64,000 nucleotides of DNA from assembly GCA_963785725.1 (NCBI GenBank), contig CAWAWS010000020.1, positions 64,001 to 128,000 of the forward strand, read 5' to 3'. Positions within the stretch are counted from its first letter, which is position 1; every line of letters begins with the position of its first letter. The notes beneath the pieces are model-generated. The model did not search any database, was not told the DNA's origin, and was given only the letters and a program-made list of their open reading frames with translations. This stretch comes from an uncultured delta proteobacterium (GTDB lineage Bacteria > Myxococcota_A > Polyangia > Palsa-1104). The position numbers and the translations under genes are program-made. Positions 47,196-57,655 of this stretch are shown here, one piece after another.

Positions 47196-47947
47196 GTGCG
47201 CGCCTGGCGGCTACGCTGGCGTAGCGCGGCGCTGCCGACGAGCAAGAGACCGGCGCAGCCGAGCACGCCGACGCGCAAGATGCCGTCGAGATGGGACATG
47301 TCGTAAAAGAGCGCCTTGGCGACGGCGAAGGTGACGACGAGCAGCCCGGCTTGCGTCAGGCGGCGCTCCCGGCGCTCGTGGCCCATGAGGTCGAGACCGA
47401 GGCCGACGACGAGCCAGGCGAGCGTCAAGATGAGCCGGCGCCCGACGTGCTCGGCGGCGACCCCGAGCGTGAAGACCCAATAATAGAGGGCGGCGGACGT
47501 CATGAGGCCGATGAGCGTCGTCGGGAAGACCACGCGCGCCGGCAGCGGTCCGGGCGCGGCCGAGAGGTAGCGACGAGCGAGCGTCGCGACGCAGGCGGCG
47601 ACGGCGATGCCCATGATCGCCAAGAGGAGGAGCGGCCGCGCCTGCGCGGGGCTCGGCTGCGCGACGTTGGCGACGACGACGAGCCACGCGCCACCGACGA
47701 CCGTGCAGCCGAGCAGCAGCGCCAGGCCGAGGTCCGGCAGGACGCGCGGGCGCTGCGTCACTTGCGCGGCGAGCGCGGCGAGCGCGGTGGCGAGCAGGAG
47801 ATAGTCGGCGTCGACGTTCAAGTCGTGCCAGACGAAGTAGCCGGCGAGCGTCAACAAGAGCGCGCCGGCGATGGCGAAGCCGCGCGCGTCGCTGCCGGTG
47901 GACGGCGCCTGACGCAAGTCGGGGTCGTGCGGGGTCGGGTTTTCCAT
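47192..47947 (-). CDS. Membrane protein with DUF2339-like C-terminus
   Basis: GGAGG RBS; multiple TM; TLAW..KALFYDMSHLDGILRV..GLLL. Confidence 0.75.
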   Translation of the reverse strand: MENPTPHDPDLRQAPSTGSDARGFAIAGALLLTLAGYFVWHDLNVDADYLLLATALAALAAQVTQRPRVLPDLGLALLLGCTVVGGAWLVVVANVAQPSPAQARPLLLLAIMGIAVAACVATLARRYLSAAPGPLPARVVFPTTLIGLMTSAALYYWVFTLGVAAEHVGRRLILTLAWLVVGLGLDLMGHERRERRLTQAGLLVVTFAVAKALFYDMSHLDGILRVGVLGCAGLLLVGSAALRQRSRQART

Positions 47948-48010
47948 GGGATCCTCCGTTGCCTCGACACGAAGGATGCGCAGCGGCTGTGGCACGACGA
48001 CGGGAACGCG

Positions 48011-48048
48011 GTGAATGATTGCGGGACAAGTCGTGGCCAAGTTGTGGC
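48011..48048 (-). promoter_or_regulatory. cre-tag-like response regulator binding site
   Basis: Minus strand GCCAC-N6-GCCAC-N6-TCCCG-N6-TTCAC, 11-bp period. Confidence 0.55.
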
Positions 48049-48142
48049 TGCGGCAGCCGCGTGTGCGCGGCGTCGACGACCGTCCGCGACGGCAGGCGGC
48101 GCCCGTGGCGGCAACGTCGGGCCGCCACTGCCGACGGGACGA

Positions 48143-49657
48143 CTACGCCGGGACGTCGGGCAAGGTCACGGCGAAGGTCGCGCCCCGCTCGGTCGACGGC
48201 TCGAGCGTGACCGTCCCGCCGTGCGCGACGGCGATCGCCTGCACGATCGACAGGCCGAGCCCCGTGCCCGGCGCCACGCCTTCGGGACGGCGCGTGTAGA
48301 AGCGGCGAAAGATGTTCTCGCGATTGCCCGCCGACACGCCGGGACCGAAGTCGCGCACGCGCGTCACGACGCGCTCGCCGTCGCGCACGGCCTCGATGAA
48401 CACGGCGCGGCGCGCGCCCGGCTGCACCAGCGCATTGTCGACCAGGTTGCGCACGAGCTCGGCCCAGCGACGAGGCACGACCACCACTTGCCGCGCGTCG
48501 GGCGCCACTTCGGCTTGCAGCTCGACGTCGGCCCAGCGCGGATCGCGGCGATATTCGTCGACCAAGCCGTCGAGAAACGCGCGGTAGTCGAGCCGTTCGC
48601 GCGGCTCGTCGGGCAGGCTGACCTCGAGGCGCAAGAGGTCGAGCAGCGCATCGATCGAGCGACGCAGGCGCTCCACCGCTTCGGCGATATGGCCGGCGAC
48701 GAGCGCGCGCTTCTCCGGCGTATCCTTTTGCGTCGCGCCGATGAGCTCCGCCGAGGCGGCGATCGTCGCCAGCGGGTTCTTGAACTCGTGGGCGACGTCG
48801 GCGCCGAGCTCGGCCGTCTGGCGCCGTCGGGCTTCGAGATCGTGCGCCAACGACGTCATGGCGCGCGCCAAGTCGCCGATCTCGTCGGCGCGATCGAGCA
48901 GGCGCGGGTCGGCGAGCGGCTCGGCCGGATAGCGACGCGCGGCGCGCGCCAGGCGCGCCAGCGGCGTCGCCACGCGGCGGCCGAGAAAGAGGCCGAAGGC
49001 CGCCGCGAACACCAGCTCGTAGAGCGCCAGCCGCCCGAGCTCGCCGCGCAGGACGATGAGCCGACGAACGCCGCGCCGCGACCCCTTTTCGAGATAGACG
49101 ACGCCGTTCGGGCGCGGCACGGCGAGCGCGAACAGCACCGTCTCCGCCGACGGGGAGAGCCGCTCGGCGAAGGCGCGGTGACCGGCGAGCGCCTGCCGGA
49201 CTTCATCGCGCGTGGCGAGCGGGCCGAGCGCACCGTCGAGCTCGGCGAGCCGCTCGCGGGCGGCGCGCTCGTCGAGGCCGCGCTCGACCCACGCCGTGAC
49301 GCGGCCGAGCGGCGACGGCGACAGCGCCTGCTCGCTCGTCCCCGAGTCGGCGATGGCGGCGCCTTGGTCGTCGAGCAGGCGGATTTCGACGTGCTCGCGG
49401 CGGGCGACGGGCGCGATCGTCGTCGCGTCCAGCGGCGCCGCCAGCAGCGTATCGGCGAGCCGCTGCAGCTGCGCACGCTGCTCGCCGACGAGCAGCCGTT
49501 CGTAAGCGTAAGCGACGGCGACGAGCACGAGCGGCAGCAGCGCCAGCCCGAGCGCGCCGGCGTAAATGACGCTGCGCACGCTGTGCCGTGCCCGCACGCG
49601 TCGCGCCGCCGCAGTCGTCGACGTGGTCGGCGCCGTCGTAACGATGACGGTCGTCAT
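48143..49657 (-). CDS. HAMP sensor histidine kinase, CreC/ChvG-like
   Basis: DEIGDLA, VAHEFKNPL, NLVDNA, DFGPGV..IFRRFYT.RP..GTGLGLSI. Confidence 0.92.
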   Translation of the reverse strand: MTTVIVTTAPTTSTTAAARRVRARHSVRSVIYAGALGLALLPLVLVAVAYAYERLLVGEQRAQLQRLADTLLAAPLDATTIAPVARREHVEIRLLDDQGAAIADSGTSEQALSPSPLGRVTAWVERGLDERAARERLAELDGALGPLATRDEVRQALAGHRAFAERLSPSAETVLFALAVPRPNGVVYLEKGSRRGVRRLIVLRGELGRLALYELVFAAAFGLFLGRRVATPLARLARAARRYPAEPLADPRLLDRADEIGDLARAMTSLAHDLEARRRQTAELGADVAHEFKNPLATIAASAELIGATQKDTPEKRALVAGHIAEAVERLRRSIDALLDLLRLEVSLPDEPRERLDYRAFLDGLVDEYRRDPRWADVELQAEVAPDARQVVVVPRRWAELVRNLVDNALVQPGARRAVFIEAVRDGERVVTRVRDFGPGVSAGNRENIFRRFYTRRPEGVAPGTGLGLSIVQAIAVAHGGTVTLEPSTERGATFAVTLPDVPA

Positions 49658-50544
49658 TTATAGCGATAGCCGACGCCGAAGACGGTCTCGATCTCGTCGA
49701 AGTCGGGATCGATCGCGCGGACCTTCTTGCGGATGCGCTTGACGAAGGTGTCGATGGTGCGGTCGGTCGTGGTGACGTCGCTGCCGCGGACGAGATCGAG
49801 CAGGCGATCGCGCGACAGCACGAAGCCGCGCTCGCGCGCCAAGACCAGCAGCAGCTGCAGCTCGGAGCGCGTCAGCTCGACGGGCTGGCCGCGCCAACGA
49901 ACGGCGAAGCGGCGCAGATCGACCTGCAGCTCGCCGGCGACGACGACCTCGGCGCCGTCGCGCCTGGACCCGCCGGCGCTCCGGCCGGTCGCCGCGCCGG
50001 CGTCAGCGCGGATGGACGCGCCGGCGCCTTGGCCGGTGGTCACGCCACCGCCGTGGCCGATTGTCGCTCCGGCGATGTCGCCGCTGCTCGCGCCGCCGTG
50101 GCCGCCGCTCGTCGCGCCGCCGGTGCCGCCGCTGCTCGCGCCGTCGTGGCCGGCGGCGGCGCCAACCGCATCGGGCCTGGGCGAGACGCGGCGGTCGATG
50201 GCGCGGATGCGGGCGCACAGCTCGCGCGTCGAGAATGGCTTGGTGACGTAGTCGTCGGCGCCCATGTCGAGGCCGGCGATGCGGTCGACCTCCTCGGCGC
50301 GCGAGCTCAAGAGGATGATGGGCAATCGGCTGCGCGCGCGGATGCGGCGGCAGAGCGACAGACCGTCGAGCTCGGGCAGAAGCACGTCGAGGATGACGAG
50401 GTCGGGCGGGTCGCGCTCGATGAGACCGAGCGCGGTGACGCCGTCGTGGGCGGCGACGACGGTGAAGTCCTCCTCGGCCAGCGCGGCAGCGAGAATGCGA
50501 ACGAGGCTGACGTCATCGTCGACGAGGAGCAGCCGCCGAATCAC
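49654..50544 (-). CDS. OmpR-family response regulator, CreB/ChvI-like, with Gly-rich insertion
   Basis: LVDDD, LDVLLP, KPF; DRTIDTFVKRIRKK..IETVFGVGY. Confidence 0.93.
   Translation of the reverse strand: MIRRLLLVDDDVSLVRILAAALAEEDFTVVAAHDGVTALGLIERDPPDLVILDVLLPELDGLSLCRRIRARSRLPIILLSSRAEEVDRIAGLDMGADDYVTKPFSTRELCARIRAIDRRVSPRPDAVGAAAGHDGASSGGTGGATSGGHGGASSGDIAGATIGHGGGVTTGQGAGASIRADAGAATGRSAGGSRRDGAEVVVAGELQVDLRRFAVRWRGQPVELTRSELQLLLVLARERGFVLSRDRLLDLVRGSDVTTTDRTIDTFVKRIRKKVRAIDPDFDEIETVFGVGYRYK
49960..50151 (-). repeat. Degenerate 24-bp (8-aa) tandem repeat x8 in the regulator linker
   Basis: GHDGASSG/GTGGATSG/GHGGASSG/DIAGATIG/HGGGVTTG/QGAGASIR/ADAGAATG/RSAGGSRR. Confidence 0.75.
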
Positions 50545-50952
50545 ACCAGCAGCATAACACGGCGCGGCATGCGTCGCCGGGCCAAGCCGCAGACGTCCGA
50601 CGGCGCGTCGACAGTATCCGGCCGGTCCGAGCTTGGCGCCGACTGAACACGAACCGCCTAGCAGGAGCCGGAGAGAAGCGGGCGAGCGCGCGCCACGACG
50701 AGCCTGTCACCCTTGGCCTGCTCTCTTTGGCCCCGCGGATGATTTTTGCACGCAACAGATGATCCCTGAACATCTGCAGCATCGAGACGTATCACTCCGA
50801 TTCATCGTCCGCGATAGCCACTATTTCGATTGATCACCGACGGGGTTGAAGAGCGCCAGAAGCCGCCGTTGTCGACCAAGTGGAAGCGGCGGTCGTACGC
50901 GCGTTCGCATGCTCGAGATTTGCGACGCCTGCAATCAGAGGAATCGCGAGTC

Positions 50953-51723
50953 TTAGCGCTTACCTTCGACTTTAGCGCAGAGAATGCCTTTGTCTTCGGC
51001 TGAGCCGGCGCCACGCGGGCTGAGCGGTCCCGAGAACGATTTGCCCTTGCCGTGCTGCAGCCAGAGCTCGCCGTGAATTTGGCAGCTGCCGTCCGGTTGC
51101 CTGTTGACGACAGTCGCGTAGAGATCGCGCCCCGTGGTCCGTCCGAACGCGTCCTTCTCGAGCTCGTCCGCCCAACGACCGAGAATGACCTTCAGGACCT
51201 TGCCCGATGGATAATCCTTGGCGTAGGCCTTGGCGACGGCGCTCTCGAGCGCGGCGCTGTGCTGATCGGCTTTGGGCAGCTCCACGCTCGCGACTGCTGC
51301 CGCGGCTTTGGCCTTTGACTCTTCCTTCGCCTTCGCCTGTTCGTCCGCCCGCTTCTTATCGTTGCGGTCGTTGGTAATCTGCTCCCACATCTCCGATACC
51401 GCGTAGTTGAAACAGAGGCCCTTCGGGTCATCGTGGGTGATATCCGGGTCCCTCAGCTTGTACTGCATGAACTTGTCAGCCAAGCAGTTGGGGATGCGCT
51501 TTTCTGCCTCCGCTTTGCACTCGTCCGAGATGCCCGTGCCGCTCTTCTTCGCCGCGGCGACCCAACGCACGGAGCCTCCCCCGGTCCCGATGGCATCGAC
51601 CTCCTTTTCGCATTTGTAGGCGTCGGCGAGCGAGCCCCACCTCGCAGCCTCCGCCTGCGCGACTGACGTAAACCCGACAGCGATGGCGACCATGACCGAG
51701 ACATGAACGATCCTACGATTCAT
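50953..51723 (-). CDS. Secreted hypothetical protein
   Basis: Signal ..VAQA; Cys pairs; Lys/Glu coiled segment; GGGG RBS-like site. Confidence 0.8.
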   Translation of the reverse strand: MNRRIVHVSVMVAIAVGFTSVAQAEAARWGSLADAYKCEKEVDAIGTGGGSVRWVAAAKKSGTGISDECKAEAEKRIPNCLADKFMQYKLRDPDITHDDPKGLCFNYAVSEMWEQITNDRNDKKRADEQAKAKEESKAKAAAAVASVELPKADQHSAALESAVAKAYAKDYPSGKVLKVILGRWADELEKDAFGRTTGRDLYATVVNRQPDGSCQIHGELWLQHGKGKSFSGPLSPRGAGSAEDKGILCAKVEGKR

Positions 51724-52323
51724 CGATTCCCCCTGTTTGAACGTCCGCATGCATTTGGGAATTGCAGCCGCGCCAATGACCCGAGCGCGGAGAGTGGATG
51801 GCAAAGCCGGCGGCCCTGAATCCTCGGGCCGTCGACGTGGTCGGGTCACTGGTGGCGCGGGTGTGCTGCAGTCATCCAGAAAATCCAACTTGTGCAGCTC
51901 AATCGGTCCGGGCGGATTGCACAGGACAGGCCAAACGTCTCGGACCCGCGCCGACCTGCGAAAGTCGCGAGATTGAGTGTGCGGACACAGCTTCGGAGAG
52001 GCGGGACTGGCCAGTGCAATCGCCGGCAAAGTCGCCGTTGCGCACTTACAGATGGCGAGAGTAGCCACTGCTTCTTATTGCCGCATGGGGTCACGCTAGC
52101 CTCCCTCGAACGGGTGGCGCTCGCTCCACGCTCCGACATTCGCATCCGACCGCACGCTTCGACATTCACGCGCGCCCACGTCGCCCACCTTCGCTCGGCG
52201 TCTGCCGCTCGCGCTCCCCGTCGCGCGCCTCCAGATCGCGTACATTCACACCATGCGCGCCGGCGCCCGCCTATTCCACCGCTCGCCCGCCGCCGCACGA
52301 TCTCGCGCCGCCCTCCGCTCCCA

Positions 52324-54243
52324 ATGATGACGCCCATCAGCAAACCGCGCGGCGCCGCCGCCCTCGCCGCGCTCGTCCTCACCTTCGCGCTCGCCGGCTA
52401 CGGCCAGCTGCTCCGGCCCGGCCGCGTCGTCGCCTCGCCCTACTCCGACCTCTTCGCCTACCACTTCGCCGCCAAAGCCGAGCTGCGCCACGCGCTCGCC
52501 ACCGGCGACAGCCTGACCTGGCGCGAAGATCGCCTCGCCGGCCAGCCCGGCCTCACGCATCCGCAAGCGTCGTGGGGAAATCCGCTGCACGCGCTCTTTT
52601 GGCTGCTGCCGCCCGAGCGCGCCGTCGGCCCGACGCTGTTCGCGCTGCTCGTCGCCGCGGCGTTCGGCTGCGCCGCGCTCGCCGGCGCCCTCGGCCTCGG
52701 CTGGCCGGCGCGCGCCTTCGCCGCCATCGCCGGCCTGTTCCAGGCCAAGCTCATCCTCGTCGCCTACGCCGGCTGGCTCGGCGTCTGGCCCAGCCTGGCG
52801 CTCCTGCCCTGGCTCTTCTACGCGCTCGTCCGCGCGCTCGATCGTCCCGGGCTGCGCTCGACCTTGCGCCTCGGCCTCGTCGGCGCGCTGCTCCTGCACT
52901 GCGGCCAGCTGCAGATCGCCTACTACGCCGCGCTCACCGGCGCCGTCTGGGCTGTCGTCCGCCTCGTGGCCACGCGCGGTCGCGACGCCCGCCGCATCCT
53001 GCCGACGCTCGCCGCCGCCCTCCTCTTCGCGATCGCCGCCGCCGCCTGGCTGCTCGTGCCGCTCGCCGCCGAAGCCCCACTGCTGACGCGCGCCCACGCC
53101 GACTGGCGCTTCTTCTTGAGCGGCCACGCGCTGTCGCTGCACCATCTCCTGACGCTGCTGCGCCCGGAGATCCTCGGCACGCCGCTCGATTGCAGCTATC
53201 CCGCCTGGACGCTCTGGGAGGACGAAGCCTACTTCGGCCTCGTCCCGCTCGCCGGCGCCCTCGTCGCGCTCGTGACGAGCGCGCGCCGTCGCCCGTGGGT
53301 GCGCCTGCTCGCCGCCAGCTTCGCGCTCACCCTCCTTCTGACCTTCGACTCGCCGCTCTTGCGCGTGGCCTATCTCGCGCTGCCGGGCTTCCGCCTCTTC
53401 CGCTGCCCGAGCCGGCTCCTCTTCCTGACGTCGCTGTTCGGCCTCCTCCTCGGCGCTTTCGGCTGCGACACGATCCTGCAGCGGCTCGACGCTCGCCCGC
53501 GGCTTCGCTTGTTCGCGCTTATGCTGATGATCGTCATCATTGGCACCGAGGGCATCTACTTCGCCCATCGCTACTTGCCGACCGAGCCCATCGCCAGCGC
53601 GCTGCCGCCGAGCCCGGTCGCCGCGCGCATCCTCGCCGAGCCCGGCCGCTTCCGCGTCGCGCTCGTCGGCTTCCCGGCGCAGATGACGTGGCCCGTGCGT
53701 CCGGCGCCGCTCATGCAAGTCGGCGGCTACGACTCCTACGGCTTCGTCCACTATCGCGACTACTTCGAACGCATGCGCACGGGCGCGCCCGCCGTCGCCA
53801 GCGCGCAGAGCTGGGTCGAGCTCGATCGCGTGGCGCGCTGGGATCTCCTCGACGCGCTCGCCGTCCGCTTCGTCGTCGCGCCGGCGTCCGTGCAGCTGCC
53901 GGCCGAGCGCTTCGACGTCGTCGGTGTCTTCGACGAGGAGCCCGTCTTCCTCCTGTTCGACGGCATCGCCCACGCCCGCGTGCGTTTATGGCGCAACCGC
54001 AACGCCGCGCCCTTCGCCGAAGTGTGGCATCCCGGCTGGCGCGCCACCGTCGACGGCCGGCCCGCGGCCGTCGAACGCAGCGACGGCGCGCTCGTCCACG
54101 TCGCCACGCCGCCCGGTCGCCACGACGTCCGCTTCCGCTTCGTCCCGCTCGGCTGGCCGACCGCTCCCATCGTCAGCCTCGTCGCAGCGATGGCGTGGCT
54201 GTACGGCCTCTTTCGCGCGCTTCGCCGTCGACCGAGCGGCTAG
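52324..54243 (+). CDS. YfhO-like (GT-C) membrane protein
   Basis: SDL..Y, W..RLAGQP, EAYFG, FRCPSR, GGYD, C-terminal WHPGWRATVDG..PPGRHDVRFRF. Confidence 0.8.
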   Translation: MMTPISKPRGAAALAALVLTFALAGYGQLLRPGRVVASPYSDLFAYHFAAKAELRHALATGDSLTWREDRLAGQPGLTHPQASWGNPLHALFWLLPPERAVGPTLFALLVAAAFGCAALAGALGLGWPARAFAAIAGLFQAKLILVAYAGWLGVWPSLALLPWLFYALVRALDRPGLRSTLRLGLVGALLLHCGQLQIAYYAALTGAVWAVVRLVATRGRDARRILPTLAAALLFAIAAAAWLLVPLAAEAPLLTRAHADWRFFLSGHALSLHHLLTLLRPEILGTPLDCSYPAWTLWEDEAYFGLVPLAGALVALVTSARRRPWVRLLAASFALTLLLTFDSPLLRVAYLALPGFRLFRCPSRLLFLTSLFGLLLGAFGCDTILQRLDARPRLRLFALMLMIVIIGTEGIYFAHRYLPTEPIASALPPSPVAARILAEPGRFRVALVGFPAQMTWPVRPAPLMQVGGYDSYGFVHYRDYFERMRTGAPAVASAQSWVELDRVARWDLLDALAVRFVVAPASVQLPAERFDVVGVFDEEPVFLLFDGIAHARVRLWRNRNAAPFAEVWHPGWRATVDGRPAAVERSDGALVHVATPPGRHDVRFRFVPLGWPTAPIVSLVAAMAWLYGLFRALRRRPSG

Positions 54244-54293
54244 CGCCGCGCCGTCCGCCGCCGCGCCGCAGTCGCATGCGACGCGACGACGAC

Positions 54294-56060
54294 TCAGCCT
54301 TTGAGCGCCGTCAGCGCCACCGACGGAATCTTCCACCAGCGCGGCGCCGCTTCGAAGCGCGTCACCACCCGCCCCAACGCCAAGCTGTTCTTGTGATCGG
54401 TGAACCACGCCGGCGTCGGCTTCATGATGAACGGCGCGCGCACCACCGACTTCTGCGGATGATCGACGAGCAGGCCGTTGTGCACGACGCCCTGTCCCGA
54501 CTGAATGTCGTGCGACGGATGGCCGGGGAATGCGCCCCAAGTCGCGTTGACGAGGCCGTAATTCAAGCCGCTCCAGCAGTTGACCGCGATGGCGCCGTAG
54601 CGCAAGGCGGCGATGGCGCTCTCGACCTCGCCGCCCAGCTCCTTCTCGGTGCGCGGGTCGACGAGCAGGTTCATCGACAGCGTGCCCCAGCAGCGATCGT
54701 TGGCGAACGGCACGGCCAGGCCGAGATATTCGCGCGCGTCTTTGGCGTCGAGGTCGACGAACGACATGATGCCGCACCACGGCTCCTCGGCGAGCGCGTA
54801 TTCGCCCGGCTTGTCGCTGACGCCTTCGAGGATGGTCCACGGCAGCGCCGTCGGATCGCCGACCGTGCCCAAATCGGTGTGGCGCGGATAGGCGCGCGTG
54901 AAGCGCTCCCACGTCGCCTTCGCCGTTGGATAGTAGGCGCGGCGCGTCGGCGTCGCCGCCAGCTTGGCTTTGACGGCGGCTTCGAAGCGATCGCGCAACG
55001 CCCAGCCTTTGGCGAGCACGATGAGCCGCGCGCCGTTGCAGTTGAAGCCGCAGTTGTAGGCGAGCATCGACGCGACCTGGCGCGCCTGATAGTCGAGCTC
55101 GGCGTCGGACCACGCGCCCGGCACGACGAGCACCGGCGAGACGCAGCCGAGCTCGGACGTGATCGTCTTGGCGATGCGCGGCGTCCGCGCCTTTTTGCGC
55201 GCCGCGCCCTCCTCGCCGACGCCGTACAAGATGGCGTCGTGGGCGGCGGCCGAGCCGGTGATGTGGATCGAATGGACCATGGGGTGGTCGGTCAAGTGCT
55301 GGCCGACCGAGATGCCGCCGTAGGCGACGCGCAGGTAGCCGGCGTCGATGAGCGGGCGGAACGCCTCTTCGATGACCGGCCCGATCTGCTCGTTCACCGG
55401 GTTCATCTTGAGCAGGCACACTTCATCGTCGACGACGAGCTTGTAGAGCACGTCCATCGCCGGAATCGACGACTGGTTGCCGGCGCCGAGCACGACCGAG
55501 ATGCCGCCCGCGCCGCCTTTGCCGGCCGCCTTCTCGCGGTAGATTTTGCCTTGCGTCGGCGTCTGGCCGGGCTCGATCCAGATGTCGCAGGTGATGCCCG
55601 CGAACAAGATCTTGTCGATGGCGCCCTGCGGAAAGACGCGCGCGACCCACTGTCCGTCGGGCCGCTGCCACGTCTTCGGCAACTTCGGCTGACCGCCGGC
55701 CTCGAGCGCTTCGGCATAGAGGCGCAGGTTGCGCATGACGGCCAGCGTGCCGCCGAGATATTCCTCGCCGTGGCCTTGGCTGCCTTCGACATAGCCTTTG
55801 ATGGCGCAGGCGACGCTGGCCCAACGATCGGACGCGGCCAGCATCGTCGGAATGCAGTCACGCAGGAGCTTGGCGCGATCGGCGGCCGACAAGGCGACCC
55901 AGCGGCCGCGCCCGACTTCCAGCTCGCTCAACATCCGATCGCAGTCCGCGAGCGACGTCGCCGGGATGGGCGCGGGCGGCGCGGGAAACAGTCGCGGCTG
56001 GCCGGCGTCGGCGGTCGCAGTCGGGGCGGCCACGGCCGCGATCGGGTTCGTCTGGCTCAT
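54294..56060 (-). CDS. Aldehyde dehydrogenase family protein
   Basis: LGAGN, LKMNP, ITGS, ELGCVSP, NCGFNC, YGAIAVN. Confidence 0.9.
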   Translation of the reverse strand: MSQTNPIAAVAAPTATADAGQPRLFPAPPAPIPATSLADCDRMLSELEVGRGRWVALSAADRAKLLRDCIPTMLAASDRWASVACAIKGYVEGSQGHGEEYLGGTLAVMRNLRLYAEALEAGGQPKLPKTWQRPDGQWVARVFPQGAIDKILFAGITCDIWIEPGQTPTQGKIYREKAAGKGGAGGISVVLGAGNQSSIPAMDVLYKLVVDDEVCLLKMNPVNEQIGPVIEEAFRPLIDAGYLRVAYGGISVGQHLTDHPMVHSIHITGSAAAHDAILYGVGEEGAARKKARTPRIAKTITSELGCVSPVLVVPGAWSDAELDYQARQVASMLAYNCGFNCNGARLIVLAKGWALRDRFEAAVKAKLAATPTRRAYYPTAKATWERFTRAYPRHTDLGTVGDPTALPWTILEGVSDKPGEYALAEEPWCGIMSFVDLDAKDAREYLGLAVPFANDRCWGTLSMNLLVDPRTEKELGGEVESAIAALRYGAIAVNCWSGLNYGLVNATWGAFPGHPSHDIQSGQGVVHNGLLVDHPQKSVVRAPFIMKPTPAWFTDHKNSLALGRVVTRFEAAPRWWKIPSVALTALKG

Positions 56061-56226
56061 CGTTCGACTCCGCACGTTCGAGGTTACCGCGATAGTCGAG
56101 CCGACTCGGCCGCGGCACGCAAGCACAAAGCCGCTCAACAAATAATGACCCCGAAAGCGCCGGCCCGAGCCGCGTCCGCCCGCGTGGCGTTACGACGATC
56201 TTCACGCCTCGTGGTACTTAGCCTGC

Positions 56227-57654
56227 ATGAAGCTGGGCTGGCGCAGCCTCGAGATCGTCGCCGTCGTCACGCTCTTGTCGAGCGGCGCCTTCGTTCGCGT
56301 GCACCTGACCAATCATCCGCGGTGGGTGTTCGCCGGCTCCGACTCCTACGGCTATCTGAAGCTCGGCAATGAGCTGTGGAGCCACGGCCGCTTTTCACTC
56401 GGTCCGAGCGAGCCGCTCGAGTGGTATCGGCGCCCGCTCTATCCGCTCTTCTTGCGCGCGGCGCGGCGCGCGGCGCCGACGGAGATGTCGGGCGGCGAAG
56501 GCTGGAAGCGCATTCAACTGGCGCAAGCGTTCGTCGACCTCTTGGCGGCGCTCGTCCTCTACTTGGCGGCGCGCCAGCTGGCCGGCCGGCTGGCCGCCTT
56601 CGTCGCGCTGTCGCTGGCCCTGTTCTATCCGCCGAGCGCGATCTGGTTCGCCGCCGTCCTCACCGAGTGCCTGTCGATGGCGCTCACGATCATGGCCATC
56701 GCGCCCATTTTCTGGCTGCGCGAGCGCCCGCGGCTGGCGGCGGCGCTCACCGGCGTCGCCGTCGGGCTGGCGTCGCTGTTGCGCCCCGACGGACCGCTCT
56801 TGGCCGTCGCCATCGTGCCGGCGCTCGCGTGGCTTCCCACGTGGTCGGCGCGCGCTCGCGTCGCCGTGACGGCCGCCGTCGCCTTCCTCGCCGTCTTCGC
56901 GATCTGGCCCATCCGCAACGTCGTGCAATTCGGAAAGCCGCATCTCACCGACGGCATGATCGATCGCCACGGCCACGACGTGCCCAACTTCGTCGGCTTT
57001 TGGCGCTGGATGCAGTCGTGGTCGCTCAATTCACATCCGGCCGAATACCCGCAGTCCTGCTTTTACGACGCGCCCTGCCAGCCGACGATCGAGCTCTTTC
57101 CGCCCGTCGACGGCGCGTTCGTTCCCGCCGATACGCCGAATGAGCGCCAGCGCGTCGACGCGCTCTTGCAGGAGCGGCGCCGCCGCGGCGTGACAGCCGA
57201 GGTGTCGAACGGCTTTCTCGCCATCGCGCGCGAGCGCCGGCAGCGCCATCCACTGCGCACGCTGGTGCAGCTGCCGCTCGAGCGGGCCTGGACGATGTGG
57301 ACCTCGTCGCAGGATGAGCTGCTGAAGAATCCCGGCTGGCGGCCGTGGATCTGGCTGACCAACCAAGTGCTGCCCTATTTCCCGCGTTTCGCGCGCTGGC
57401 TCGTCTATCTCACGCTGCTGGGCGGCGCGACCGTGCTGCTCGATCGTCGCTTGCGCATCCCGGCGCTGGTGATTCTGCTGCCGATCTTGACCCGCACCCT
57501 CGTGCTCGGCTGGACGGCGTTCTCCTTGCCGCGCTACATCGTCGGCCTCTATCCGCTGTGCTTCCTCATCATCGGTTGCGCCACCGCTGTCGTCGCCGAA
57601 TGGCTCGCTCGCGGCCTCCGCTCGGCGCTCAAAGCGGCGCGCGACCGCCGCTGA
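56227..57654 (+). CDS. GT39/ArnT-like (GT-C) glycosyltransferase
   Basis: SDSYGY..G, R.PLYPLFL, LTECL, LLRPDG, PRY; multiple TM. Confidence 0.82.
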   Translation: MKLGWRSLEIVAVVTLLSSGAFVRVHLTNHPRWVFAGSDSYGYLKLGNELWSHGRFSLGPSEPLEWYRRPLYPLFLRAARRAAPTEMSGGEGWKRIQLAQAFVDLLAALVLYLAARQLAGRLAAFVALSLALFYPPSAIWFAAVLTECLSMALTIMAIAPIFWLRERPRLAAALTGVAVGLASLLRPDGPLLAVAIVPALAWLPTWSARARVAVTAAVAFLAVFAIWPIRNVVQFGKPHLTDGMIDRHGHDVPNFVGFWRWMQSWSLNSHPAEYPQSCFYDAPCQPTIELFPPVDGAFVPADTPNERQRVDALLQERRRRGVTAEVSNGFLAIARERRQRHPLRTLVQLPLERAWTMWTSSQDELLKNPGWRPWIWLTNQVLPYFPRFARWLVYLTLLGGATVLLDRRLRIPALVILLPILTRTLVLGWTAFSLPRYIVGLYPLCFLIIGCATAVVAEWLARGLRSALKAARDRR

Positions 57655-57655
57655 G

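Noticed and set aside
49960..50151. Ice-nucleation octapeptide repeats
   Set aside because: Does not match AGYGSTxT and lies in a cytoplasmic regulator
52572..56372. 1266-aa ORF and similar long Arg/Ala-rich ORFs (e.g. 8462-11470, 11879-14590, 47291-49663)
   Set aside because: Shadow frames of real genes, expected in high-GC DNA; no motifs
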